The notes beneath the pieces are model-generated. The model was given only the letters and a program-made list of their open reading frames with translations. It was not told where the DNA came from and did no database searches. Position numbers and translations under genes: made by a program. A stretch of 50,837 bases of DNA. Source: Intoshia linei. Taxonomy: Eukaryota; Animalia; Orthonectida. Numbering within the stretch: the first letter of the stretch is position 1; each line of letters starts with the position of its first letter. Shown in pieces: positions 38,001-50,837 of the stretch. The stretch is taken from NCBI GenBank assembly GCA_001642005.1, contig LWCA01000121.1, forward strand, positions 1 through 50,837. The letters run 5' to 3'.

Positions 38001-41000
38001 CATTAAACTTTCCATTGAATTGATAAATATGACCACATAAAACTTTCATTTCCTCCTCATTTTTAAATGTTGAAAAAACCATTGATTTTGATGTTTTCTT
38101 CAAATGTCTATATACTTGGAGGCTTATGTCAACATTCAAAAAAATCAGTGATTTCAAAGCTAATTTTTCATATTGATCTTTTTCGTCAATTAAAACACAA
38201 TAATTCCACGCTAATTTAAATCTATTCAAATACAGGCATTTTTCAAATGACTGGTTCAATTTTAGCGTGTCCAAATTACCATTTGGTTCAACATATGTGT
38301 AACAAGTTAATAATTCATAATGTATTTGTATGTTAGAGTCTAGTAATAGTAACTGTCCATTTTTAACATATAATACTTCCTGGTTGATACCAATTTTAGT
38401 TACATAATTGCTTACAACAGCGTGTTCATCATATATAGATTGTTTCACCAAATGACATGAAAATACATTGACTTGATCATAAATAATTAAAAAATTTTGT
38501 TCTAGAGAAGAATGGTCCCACATAATGCCTTTGATTTTACCAATTCCGATAACATTGACTTGTAAATATACATCTTTAAGAGGGTTGTATAAATAAATTG
38601 AATTATCTATGTCTATAAAAGCTAAATTCACACTGTTTCTGGAAAGAGATATGTTTAGAATATCTATGGAATGTTCAGAAATTGAAACATGCTGATTGTC
38701 AATTAAATTATAGAATTTTATTGTCTTTTTCTAATATTATAATATAAATCTACATTTTATAATTTTACCTGAAAAATATAAACTAGGTATTGCTTTGACA
38801 TTTCAATTCTATGAACATCTATTTCAGTTAGAAATTCATCTTTAACATTCCCAACCTATAAGATTATATTTATAAATATATTTGGTTATAAGCATATACA
38901 CAGCAGAATATGAACCATAAGAACCCTATATCAGAAGATGAAAACTAAATCAATGAATGGGAACGACTCCAAAAATTGGAGTTAAATCGAATCTACCTGC
39001 ACAAAAAATTAAATTTAATATGTAGTATTAAATTTGTTAATTTTTACAAAGTAACAACAAAAATAGTCATTTAACGATAGTATTTTGATAATGTTTTTAC
39101 AAATTAGATTTTAACAACGCAAAAAATTAAATAAACTTAAATCACATTTTGTGTTTACCATCAACACGGCACATTGGAAATATATTTAGAAAATCGGGAT
39201 GGGAATTAAATTACTCGAGTTTGTTAAGCCATTTTGTACAGTTATACCAGATATTCAAAAGCCTGATAGAAAAATCCAATTCAATGAAAAAATCATTTGA
39301 ACTGGTTTAACTCTATTCATTTTTTTGGCGTGTTGTCAGGTTCCATTCTATGGAAAAATGTCTTCGGATTCAGCGGACCCCCTATACTGGATGCGTGTAA
39401 TTTTGGCTTCTAATAGAGGAACTTTAATGGAATTGGGAATTTCACCTATTGTTACTTCCTCGTTAGTTATCCAATTGCTTACTGGAGCCAAATTGATTGA
39501 AGTTGCAGTTGCAGTTATTCAACTTTTGATTTCTGGAATCATTGTTCTCATGCTTGATGAACTTTTACAACAAGGTTACGGAATTGGATCCGGAATTTCG
39601 CTGTTTATTGCAACTAATGTATGTGAAACTATCGTGTGGCAATCGCTGAGTCCTACGACTATAAAAAGCGGAAAAGGTACTGAATTTGAGCCCTTAGTGC
39701 ACTTTTTCACCTGTTGGCAACTCGAAGTAATAAAGTAGTGGCTCTGAAGGAAGCTTTTTTCCGTAAAAGTTTGCCAAATCTAATGAATATTTCTACTACT
39801 GTTTTAGTTTTTGGGATCGTTGTCTATCTCCAAGGTTTCCCTGTAGATTTTCCTATAAAATCTTCACGTTATCGAAGGCAACACAGTTCATATCCGATCA
39901 AGCTATTTTATACATCAAACATGCCGATTATTTTGATTGTTTACTATTACACAAATTAAGTGATTGTGAATCACAATTTGTGATTTCCCAGGAAATATAA
40001 AAAAATGTATTTATATATTATGCAATTATGAAAAATTATATATATTACCAGTGGCGGTCTACAATTTTCAACCAGGGGAGCGAAATAATTATTAGGGGAG
40101 ACGCACATAATGTATTTAAATTTGAATTTTTATATTATGTTTATTAAATGTTTCGATTTATAATAATAATGTATATTTTTTTCTAATTTTCATTCTATTA
40201 AATTTTTCAATGTTGAACATTCAACTGTCGAGTTGTTCGACTGCATCAAAATCGACTTTATCGGCAAGTTCTATTTTGATTATAAACAACGTTAAGTCCG
40301 ATAATTTAACTTGTACTGATGTTACTAGCATAAAAATAATACATCGATTAATGATAAATGATCATTATATTCATAAAACGTAAAAGACGGGTCCTAGAAA
40401 AAATTACATAGCATAAATGCACTTTTAATTATTGGCCTCATTGAAAATCCATCATTACACGTCAGATCAGATATCAATTCTATCGGGTTTTAATTTTTTT
40501 TATAAATTGAGTTATTTATGTTTGTTTCAATGTACAATAGTTTTATGTATGTATTAGTATCACTATCGTACTTTGTATTGTGATGTTTTGAATGCTTACA
40601 AAGATCTAAAATCGAAGATCCACTGCATCATCTCATTTTTTTAAGACTTACAAACTGCTTTATCACCTAACATTCATATTATAACCAAATGTTATATATT
40701 ATTTATTTTTTAATTTGTTCAACAATTTTTTTCGGTAAATCATAAAAATCCCGAGAATTTTGTCCCAGTATTTTCTCGAATACGATCACTAATAAAAAAT
40801 AATTGGGAACCACTGTATATAGGGTTGTTAAATTTAGGCCGTGAAAATTAAACAAAGTTAAATCAGTCACCGAATGTATTCATAGTAATTAAAAAAAATA
40901 AATATTAATTTAATTTGAATTTAATAAATGATCTCTGAAAGTAAAAAAATTACAAAAAAAGTAGTAGACTCCATAAAGTCTCTTTATTTGGTCGAATCTA

Positions 41001-42984
41001 GATGGTATTTTATTAGTGTTAATAATTAATTATGAAAATATTGAGTCAATCATTTTTATTAAATTTTATCGGTTTCATAATTTTTTTTAAAGTCAATTGT
41101 ATTGATGAATCGTAGAATAAATTGTATATCATTCTCCAATTTAGCCATAACTATATAATTAATTTAGGGAAATGATGAAATCTATTGGTCTATTTGGAGG
41201 GACGGTTTTAGTTTGTATATCCATACATAATGAAATACAACTTGGTTGATTGTCATTATTAAATATTTACTTGCCTTTATTAATGATATAGTTTTGTCAG
41301 CACAAAGTACAGCGCAGTTTAGTAAATTGATACGCACATCTACTATTTCGTAATTACATATTTTCCTATCAGATAATTCAATTGAGTCTCCTAATATTGT
41401 TTCATATTAATATTATGTAATTTACCTGATTCGGTCGTATGAATGTTGTAGACGTGGAGTGTTTTATCATTACATAAAGCTAATTTTTTTTTAAAAATAG
41501 AAATGCAGGATGGTTCTAATTCAACTTCGATTTTACATTCATGAAACTAAATAAAAGTTACCACATTTACATATTCGATTTACATTTTCATCTACTATCG
41601 TTATTTCCCTAATGGAAGATAAAAATACGAAACTGTCATTTGATAAACCCTTAATTATGGGTAACTTTACTAGTATAATGAACATTGATGCTTTTTTGGT
41701 TAAAATTGACATTAATTGACCTATAAATTTGTGTATTTGAAATATCCAAAATAATTACCATCCAGCGATACGTTTAATTTGCTTATGTTGGTGCTTCCAA
41801 TTTCATCCAACATGTAAGATTCTAGTGCATACTTTGTGTCAAATATTGAATATAAATTAATTCTAAATAATGATTTAAAGTTTAAATAAAATGAAACTAA
41901 TAAATTACTTGTTATCCCCTGCAATTATAAGATGATCCTGAGAAGGAGCCATTTCATATATTTCATAACTAAATTCTTTATATGTTGTCATCTCCATTCT
42001 TGTTTTAGCCGATACCGTCACAATATAACCATTTTTAAAAGCAACTACAATATTTTCATTTTCACACCACTCATAACTTATTATGTCGCCATAAGCGTCG
42101 TCGAATTTTATATATTCATTTTTAGGTTCTTCAACTTTATCTATTAGCAAGGATTGGTCAGCTATGCAGCTTACCTAAATATGCAACGTATTGTAAGTCA
42201 ATTTGAGTATTACATATAAACATATTTCTTGAGATGATTCACTCTTTATACAACCAAATTTAACAAATTTTACAATTTTTCCTATATTTATAGTAGCTAC
42301 ATTTTCTCCTATTTCATTGCTTATACTTAGTTTTTTGTCATCAGATATACAACCTACTGTATTTAATACGTTCCATTTGATTTCTGTAATTTTTTTGGTA
42401 TGTTTCCCAATTATGGGCCATTTTCTACAATTAAATAATTATTTTTTAAACTAATATTTACTTTAATGTAGTGGTATCTACTATAAGAATGTTTCCTTTA
42501 ACGTCCCCTAGCGCTAATTTTGATTTTTTCAGAGAATAATTAAAACAAGTTATTGTCTCCCTAAAATTTAGTAAGCAATATTTTTACTCATAATACGGAA
42601 ATTCTAAATCAAAGTTTTTGACATTATTGTGTTTAATCGACCACAATCCTAATTTAGCTTCTTTATGACACATAAAAATTAACTTTTGATCGTTGTTGTC
42701 CCATTCCAAATATATTAATTTACTAAATAATAACGTATTTTTTAGTGTATGGTGTAAATTACGTTGTTATGTCGATGGTATGGGTTTGAGAGCCGTGACG
42801 ATTATATATTATAATTTTGTTTTGCCTAAACATACTATAAGTATAAATAAAATATACTATACTTTTCGACAGCAAAAAAGAGAGATTTAGATTTTTGCCA
42901 AGATAAGTGACTATCGTCAAGCAATTTTCCGATGGAAAATAATTTCTACGAATAAAAATTTAAATTATCATTGCTTACCTTCAT
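35009..42984 (-). CDS. WDR19: WD repeat-containing protein 19 / IFT144 (IFT-A), multi-exon
   Basis: Starts ATG AAG|gtaagc at 42984. Motifs [95 protein letters not shown], and C-terminal zinc knuckles PCCYC..CPKC..CIITGLI..CPMC. Stop TAA 35009-35011. Confidence 0.95.
35920..36031. mobile_element. hAT (Charlie-type) MITE, 112 bp, in WDR19 intron
   Basis: Perfect 13-bp TIR CAGTGGTTCCCAA / TTGGGAACCACTG; TSD GATTAGAG / GATTAGAC (7 of 8). Confidence 0.88.
39199..39935 (+). pseudogene. SEC61A: Sec61 alpha subunit pseudogene (5' part), antisense inside WDR19 intron
   Basis: [42 protein letters not shown].. with TGA at 39298-39300 replacing a conserved Trp. Also [20 protein letters not shown], an internal deletion after LIEV, a frameshift near 39690, and an end at [15 protein letters not shown]. 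No introns. Confidence 0.92.
40049..40330 (-). mobile_element. hAT (Tip100-like) terminus plus transposase dimerisation-domain remnant
   Basis: CAGTGGCGGTCTAC...ATAATTATTAGGGG resembles the end of the MITE at 16267. Minus-strand [23 protein letters not shown] (about 40240-40315) resembles the hAT C-terminal motif. Confidence 0.6.
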
Positions 42985-43119
42985 ATTGCTGTTGATTTTA
43001 CCATAAATGCTTAAAAGTAGGGAAATGTGTTGTCAAGATTGTTATTATGTTACGTGGTAATTATCTAAATACCGATTTATATATCAACAATTGCATTAAG
43101 TTCATATAATAAATTTATA
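42985..43119. promoter_or_regulatory. Putative bidirectional promoter shared by WDR19 and IFT57
   Basis: Only 135 bp separate the divergent ATGs. Degenerate X-box-like GTTATTATGTTAC and GTTACGTGGTAAT at 43041-43061. Confidence 0.6.
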
Positions 43120-46100
43120 ATGAGTCAACCTTTGAATAGTCCTGGCGAAGATTATCGAAAATTTGTCACAATGAATGATATTTTTAATAAGCTCAAGGTT
43201 TTACAAGTGGATGAACTTTTCCTAAAAGTGTACGGGTTAAAACCTTTTGATAGACATTATTTTGCTCTTAACTTAAATCCTGGCGAACAATTTTATATTT
43301 TTGTTTCACTCTCGTATTGGATTTTGAAAATGTGTGGAAAAGTGACTGAAATACCTCAAGAAGTTTTATTTAAAAATTAATACAATATAATTTTTTTAGT
43401 CAGACGACCCAAATGCTACTATCTCAGAAATGTTGAATCATTTAAAAGATATGGTAATGAATAAAAAATGTGTATTATATTTATAATAGAACTACATCCC
43501 AGAATTTGCTCCTTCCAAATTAAAAAAAGGTTATGGTGATGAAGTTATATGGGTTATAGATAGGCTAACAGATGAAGCATTGAGACACAATCAGATATTA
43601 CTGAAACAGTAATGTATCTATTATTATAATACAGTTTCAATAAATTTTAAACTTTTTATGATTCTGAAATCAGGATTATTTTAAATTTTTAAGAATCAAA
43701 ATGTTAAATTGCAAGTGAGTTAATTAATAATAGTAAATATTTATTTAAAGCAAAATATTTTTAGACCATTGTACCCTGAAGAAACATTAGGAAACGACGT
43801 AATAATTATGGAAAAATCACAAAATATGTCCATTTCTACCTTAGAACAACGAAACTCAGTAATTAAATTTTTAATATAAAGCCAGATTATTAATTATTGA
43901 CAAATCCTAAATAAATACAATCATCCATATCAGCTAGCTAAATTTAATAAGTCAGATTAATAAACTAATGAAGGGTCTACGCAGGGCCGTGGAGATCCGA
44001 CAGTAGGCCCGGTCAGGTGGTCTATTGTAGGTCCCTATAAAAAAATTTTAAATTTAGTTGACTTCTTCTCTTTTTATCATTATGAAAGCATTAGCCTAGT
44101 ACGATTTTGTAGAGTATAAGAATTAGATGTAATTTAGAAAATTTTTAAAGGGTCAGTAAAAAAATTAGGGTGAAATAAGTGTTTCATAAACTTTTTAGTT
44201 TACTGTTTTATAGGATTGCAAACTATATAATTAATTCATTTTAAGGAAGAAAATGAATTTTCGAGCAGTGAAAATGGATCAGGTTTGGCTGTCGAAGAAA
44301 TGAATTCATATGATTCGAGTAAAAAACAAAAGGTAGGTTTCAAAGAAATTGGAAATGATAACATCAGCCAAGATAGTGGAGAGAAAAATGAAACAAATGC
44401 ATCACATTGGAAATTGGAAGTAGAAAGGTTGATCCCACAGCTAAAATTAAAAAAAACCGCCACGCAAGTATGTACTTTAGAGATATACCATTTGAAATAT
44501 ATTGACCGTGCAAACAGTCAATAATTCCATTCACTTTAATAAATTAAATACATGTTGTCAATTTCATTCTAAAAATCTAAAAGAAATCTTTTAACTTTTA
44601 TTTTTGTATGACAAATTCTGCAAAAATATCGTTTATTATAGAATATAAGCCGGGTGGAAAATTAGTGACTCTTTAGATTATAAATATCATGTTCAAAAAT
44701 TGATAAATATTAACTTATATTTCTCGTTGACTCCAGACTTAATTATGTCAAAATTGACTCCGTTAGAAAAATGCATTACCACCCAGATCCAGACAATGTA
44801 AGGTAAAAACTTAAACATTTTTTAAATAATATATGTATTAGCCAACTCTAACTTGAAAAATACAATTTTAACAACCTTAACAGCAAGATACTTTTTGACC
44901 AATATTTTCTGGACAAATTCTCTTTTACAAATATTTTTTTTAAAAATAACAAGTTTATTAAACTTTACAAGAAAAAATCACTGTATCCAACCCCAAAATG
45001 TAATGGTATGAATATATAATTAGTTTGGGTACCCCTGATATTAGGTAAAAGTATTTTTATGGAATTTTCATTATTTTTTATATCTATTTATAAAATTATG
45101 TACAATTCACAACCTTTTAGCCCAAAAGTTTTAAATTTAAAAATAAAATCATAATTTATATATAATAGATGTATAAAAATATTTTATTCATTTTAATATC
45201 GATGAACCAAGATTTTTAACAATTTATTACTAATAAAAACTAAAGAAAAATATCTCACATTCAGCAATAAATAAAATGGGACCATTACAGACATTACATT
45301 TCAAAAAAAGTCAACATGAAATATCCATATTATATGTACTTATATTTTCGAAATACATATGAATTTGTGAGTTACAAAATATTTGCATAAAGTAAAGTAG
45401 AAAAATTTTGATTTGTAAAACAGGGATAGTCAATGTAGTCGTTCGTATGATAAATAATTCGGTTTAATGATAATTTTTGAGGATGACACAAAAATAGTAT
45501 TTTCAATGTGAAATAACATTATATTATATATTTGAATCCACGACTCAAAAATTTTATCGATTCCGTTCTATTAAAAATAACTAATAATTTATTAGAATTG
45601 GAAATATCAGCATTCCAGTGTTAATCTAGAATCAGATATGGATCAAATTAAAGATATGACTAAAATTTTACACAAAGTTAAATCAGAAATTAATGTTCAA
45701 TTGGACAAAACAAACAGTAGAGAAAAACACATGAATCTTCAACTAGAAGGAATAATTAAAGATTTTAAAAAGATAAAGGACACAATGCAGCGTAAAAATA
45801 TAATTCATGAAGACACAAAAAAAATATTAACAACTAAAAAGAAATATCTACTTAAAGTAAGAATCAGAAATACATAATAGATAAATAAATATTAGATATC
45901 GGATGAGTTAGAAGCTATAAAAAAGGAAATGGAGGAACGTGGATCATCAATGACAGATGGAGGTAACATATTTCAATGTAGTTTAATAATTTTAGCCCCA
46001 CTTTCACGCATAAAGCAAAGTATTAAATCACTTAAGGCAGAAATAATTAATTTAAACATACAATCTGGAGTGTTATCCCACATAGTTTTACAGGCAAGAA

Positions 46101-46153
46101 TCAACGATAAAGCCAATACAAGTGATGTCAAGACATCTTACAAACCATTTTAA
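43120..46153 (+). CDS. IFT57: Intraflagellar transport protein 57 (IFT-B, HIPPI), multi-exon
   Basis: FVTMNDIFNKLKVL..RHYFALNLNPGEQFYIF, DDPNATI, FAPSKLKKGYG, WKLEVERLIPQLK, SREKHMNLQLE, KKEMEERGSSMTDGAPLSRIKQSIKSLK. Confidence 0.95.
43982..44040. mobile_element. Possible hAT-like MITE terminus in IFT57 intron
   Basis: GC-rich island starting CAGGGCCG within an AT-rich intron; no partner end found. Confidence 0.35.
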
Positions 46154-46230
46154 ATGTTTTATGTTTAAAAAAATACAAATTTATATATACATATATTAAA
46201 ATAGTTGACTACATTTCTTCAAAACAAATT

Positions 46231-49200
46231 TTACTTATCAGAATCAACAATGTTGGATTTGTTATCAGTTTGGTCAATTTCACTCTGAAATTCATCAGAT
46301 ATAGCTTCGCCGATTTCAGGAATAGATCCATTATTTACTTCTGGGTTGGTTGTCGGGTTCTCTGAATTATTGTTATTATTTTCATCTCCTTGGTCACTTA
46401 TTTGAATAATTTCTCCAGAATATCCTTCAGGGACAATGGGAGTGCCGTTTTGATTAACTTCAAGTGGGAGTAATTGAATTCCTGCAGATTCGTCTTGATT
46501 GCAAATCATATAAATCCCAGCAGGAATGTTTGATCCTTGTAAATCTAAAGCAAAATCACTCGACTCCTCACCGTTTGCCAATGTGACATTTGAATTTTCA
46601 ATGCTAACACCACCAGACTCATTTACTACATTTTCTTTAGTATTAAACTCTTTAATACTATTTGACCAAGATGTAGCGCTAGTATTTGAATCATTCATAT
46701 ACACCGGATTTGAATCATTATTCGATAGACTGGTGTCTATACTAAATTCCCAATTATTAACAGCTTCGTTTCCACCATTAAGTTGCGCCGTTGGGAGAAT
46801 ATCACCCATTGGTGCGGAATAATTAGCATAAGTATTTCCGTTCATTTTTTTTTGAGAGGTAACATTATGTGCATGAGAAAGAAATATGGAAATGTTTCCA
46901 CTGCTTATGACAGATTGGTTATAAGATTTTGATCCGTTTGATTTGATTGTATCCTTATTGTCGTTTAAAAGTTTGATAATATTTTGCAGTGCTTGGGAAG
47001 AATAAATATCATTCGAAGTTTTTTTATTATTGGTAACACGATAATAACTACATTGCTTTTGACTTTCTCCAGGGGACAAGGTGGTCTTCAAAGCATGTTG
47101 AATATCTTTTTGCAAAGTGGCGGGTGTGGTGTACAAAATCACATATTGTGTATTTCTCGAGTAAGAATTTTTGCCTTGGATGACAGATCGATCGGTATCG
47201 GTACTATTAACTACAAAGCTCTTGAAATTATTATAGCTAATTGATTTATCCCACTCATCATTCGGTGGACTGGGACCACCTAAAATTTCTCCAACGTTAC
47301 AACTAAGGTAATTATGTTTGAAATTCGAAGGCACATCGTTGCATTCATCTAAAAATAAACAATAAAAATAGAGACATGCTAATTAATAGCTTATTTATTA
47401 AAATATTCATGAATGGTAGTTGAAATTGCTATGGATGAGAAAAAAATTATAAGAACGGTGGTAATATTTGTTAGTCCTATAGATTTAAAAAGATCTGCTT
47501 GCTCAAAGGAATTAATTTCATAAATAAGATTAATAACATTTTGTGTAAACCTGTCATTACGTATTTAAATATATATTTATTTCATAACAAACACAATGTT
47601 ATTTTTATTGCATGTCTCATACCGTACGACTGTTATTTTATATTTTCTAAAATTTAATCAAAAAGTAGACACCCCAATAGTTACACTTTGATTGAAAAAA
47701 TTCATTTATATAATAAATATTTCACTAATCAACTTAATGTAATCGATCAGATAAAATCATAAAACTGTAAATACAAGTAACAAAATTTACAATTGGCGAA
47801 TAGCCATAGACGAATTAATTAAATTTTTTCATATTGATTAAGTGGACCTTCTGAAAAATCCGTTATATTGTATAGTATGACTGAAAGTATCTCATTAGGG
47901 TTATTATAAATTAACGGAATATGAGTACATGCGAGTAATCCGCATACGTTAATCGTAAACAATTCAGTGTTAGAATTAAATTGAATAAATAATCACCTGA
48001 TAATTTTTTCGAAATTTCAATCATATCAGAAAAATCGTACAGCTCGTTAGATTCTTCCTTGTCTATATCTACGTGTATTTCTGGATCGCAATTTAAGTCA
48101 TCCCAAAATATCTCAACTTCAAACGTTTTTACCGGAACTGGAATACCACTCTCGGTAGATGAATTGCACCACCAATAATAATCGAACGGTTTTTTTACAT
48201 CGCAAGGTTTCTGTCTTCTAGCATTTAGTGATGTATCGAGATCTATCGTAGGCATAACTAAATTTGATCTACTTCTACCTTTATTTAAAAAATTCGTAGA
48301 TTGATCAAATGTACCATACTGATTACTTCCTGGGCTGCGCAACTTTGAAGCATCATTGGAAGTCACGTCCACATATCTATTCTGAGATATAAAATTGTTT
48401 AGACCGTTATGAGATACTTGACCATATCTTAACGTTGCAGTTAGCGATTCAGGGTTCATTAAATACTGATTATAAACACTAGTTTTACCAACCCACCCGT
48501 TAATACTTTGTCCATCTTGTAAATCCAAATTTCCGGAAAGACTCCTGGGACCTTCATTAGATCCAACGTCTATAGATGATCTAGGAGAATATTTCGTCTT
48601 CTTATAAGATCTAGTTCTTCTTATAGTATTACCATATTTATTGTTTCTAACACGTTTATAACCGTTGCCAGAATCAGCAAAGTTGAAACACCCAAGAAAA
48701 GCCCTTGGATACTTGATCATATTAGGAGACAGTGAATTTATATTAATTCTATCATATACATTTGTATCCTGAATCAAATCAATTGCCCCAAACGTATTAT
48801 TTCTAGTGTCTACTTTGATAAATGGTGACTGGTGTGGTTTAATTTTTAATTCGCTCAGTTTTTTATCAGCCAGTGCAGAGCAAGTCAACTTTTCAGATTC
48901 TTTGTGGGTAGTAAGATGAGCATAGAAGATATCTATACTGGATACTTTTACATCACAAACAATGCAAATTTCTTGAACAATATCGTGAACTAGTAAAATG
49001 TGTTGCGATAAAATATATCGAGAACTAAACATATTCACTCTGTACGACTTGCAATATATGCAAACATACCTCTTTACATTGGATTTATGATATAAATCAT
49101 GCATATCAAAACTTTCCTTGTCGTAAAATATAGCTCTACATATAGCACATGTAAGCCCACCCATGTGTTGATTGTTCACATGTTTAAATAGGGAGAGTTT

Positions 49201-49985
49201 AAATCGAAACTTTTCGGAACACGTGTTACACTTGTATCTACCAGCATTATGATCTTCTAATAAATGTGCGGTAGTATCGCTCATTTTTTTAAAAGTTTCA
49301 GGGCAAATATTGCACCCTAATTTTCCATTTTTTGATTTTGCTTTGTTTTTTCGTAAATTGACGCATTTTGATTTGTGTATAGATAGAACACAGGGATTAA
49401 AACTACTGAAAGTCTCACATATATTACAACAAACTTTGTCGGTTGATTTGTAGTGAGACGTTTTGTGATGAAAATATACAGAATCATGAATGGTCAAGAA
49501 ATTGCATTCTAGGCATTTTCGAATTCTCACAACTTTGTGATTAGCTATATGCCGTTTAAGAAGAAACAAGTAATTGCATGAAAAGTTACAGACATGGCAT
49601 ACATGTAATGCTTTGGTATCTCTAAATAAATAATTAAAATAAATAAAAAATTAAAATTACTCCAATTTGTGGACAGCATCTTCATTACTCGGCATATATT
49701 CTTCAAGTGTTTGGTCTGTAGAAGTTAAGCCTAAATCGTAAATGAGCCAAATATAAAATGTATACCTTCAAGATTAGCATCAATTTGTTCAAGATTCCCC
49801 TCATTATTTAATCGGTAATGCGAACCATCAAACTCAATAATGGCATTTCTATCTGGGATTTGAATTGCCTTAAGACCATCGGTAGTTTCAATTAAAATCG
49901 TTTCTGAATTTTCGCTATTCATCACGTCTTCGGTAACAACATCATTCGAAATCTCAACGTTTAGATTTTCCTCGGTTGTTTCCAT
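46231..49985 (-). CDS. C2H2 zinc-finger protein with long low-complexity C-terminus, 4 exons
   Basis: Exons 49766-49985, 49661-49730, 47997-49621 and 46231-47348 join in frame at GT-AG sites. About 8 CxxC..H..H/C fingers, e.g. YKCNTCSEKFRFKLSLFKHVNNQH. Confidence 0.85.
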
Positions 49986-50837
49986 CTCGTTATATGATAT
50001 TAAATGTAAATTGTAGATTTAAACTGACTAAAAGAATTAGTAAAATGAATTAAATCAAACAATGCGCATTTTGCATAAGCCTATTACAAGTAGTTTATTA
50101 CAAAATTGTAAGTATGAGGCCAATCTCCATGCTAATATCAAAAATTAGCTTTTAACTAATAGACATATATACAAAATGAGTCTTAGGGTAGTAAATAGTG
50201 TAGAAATATTACACTAGTTATATTTAAAGTCAAAATAACCAGCTGAATACACAATAATATTTCAATAAATTTCCACTTTAATTTTTAGTTAACATAATAT
50301 TATTCACAAATATTAAATTAATTTTACAAATTTAAAATTAATAACTTAGCAAACTAATATTTTATATGCATTAATTAAGTTAGAATTGTATTAAATGATA
50401 AATGTACCTTATTTACGTAGAATTCAAATTTTATTTTCCGTCGTTGCGATATTATGTTAGAGATTTATTATATCGACTTGTGTGTTTTATTTTCGAAGCA
50501 GACGAATTACTAACAAGACGATATAACGACTTCACAACCAAATGTCTGTTGGTGTGTGTGGTATATTTATCTTTATGTACTCAATTTTGAGAGTTAATAT
50601 AAATATTTCTATAGCAATTGTTTTACAACTATAGTAAATGACGATTTTCGTTTTGTACTTGAATAACGATTCAATTTGAGGACCTAAAATTGAGGTCATA
50701 AAACTATTTGTCAGTTATAAAATGTCTAATTTTTGCAAGAATTTAAAAAATTATTGCATGGCAAATTGATTCTCTATTCCGATTGTAATGTCCTAGTTAC
50801 ATTTTGTATATAATTTAATATAGTTAATCATTAAAAT

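Noticed and set aside
39298-39300. In-frame TGA at a conserved Trp in Sec61-alpha, suggesting an alternative genetic code
   Set aside because: The same copy has a frameshift, a deletion and a truncation. Intact genes here use TGG for Trp and end in TGA (LOXL, Mps1-like).
50000-50837. 62-aa ORF and flanking sequence at the window end
   Set aside because: No recognisable domain or splice pattern; likely upstream or intergenic DNA.

Overview
This is very AT-rich, gene-dense animal nuclear DNA, not prokaryotic. Most introns are about 30-45 nt, with a few multi-kb introns full of transposon debris. That style suggests a reduced, ciliated invertebrate such as an orthonectid, but this is inference only. 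The ORF track fragments most genes, so I rebuilt spliced models by eye; boundaries are unverified by transcripts. Gene order: VPS18 (+, 5' end probably outside the window), SoxB (-), ESRP/fusilli-like (-), EFCAB2/DRC8 (-), PI4K type II (+), POLR3E/RPC5 (-), SRCR-containing lysyl oxidase-like gene (+), WDR19/IFT144 (-), IFT57 (+), C2H2 zinc-finger gene (-). An intronless Mps1/TTK-like kinase is nested antisense in a LOXL intron, and a Sec61-alpha pseudogene sits in a WDR19 intron. Mobile DNA includes Tc1/Tc3-like, Ty3/gypsy, hAT and PIF/Harbinger-like remnants plus several MITEs. The most notable observations are two mutually exclusive PI4K2 N-termini that each carry a copy of the GSSGSY nucleotide-binding loop, an IFT-A/IFT-B head-to-head pair 135 bp apart, the nested kinase, a probable GC-AG intron hosting the Sec61 pseudogene, and an intron-containing Harbinger-like transposase. 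I found no evidence for a wholly new multi-gene system.
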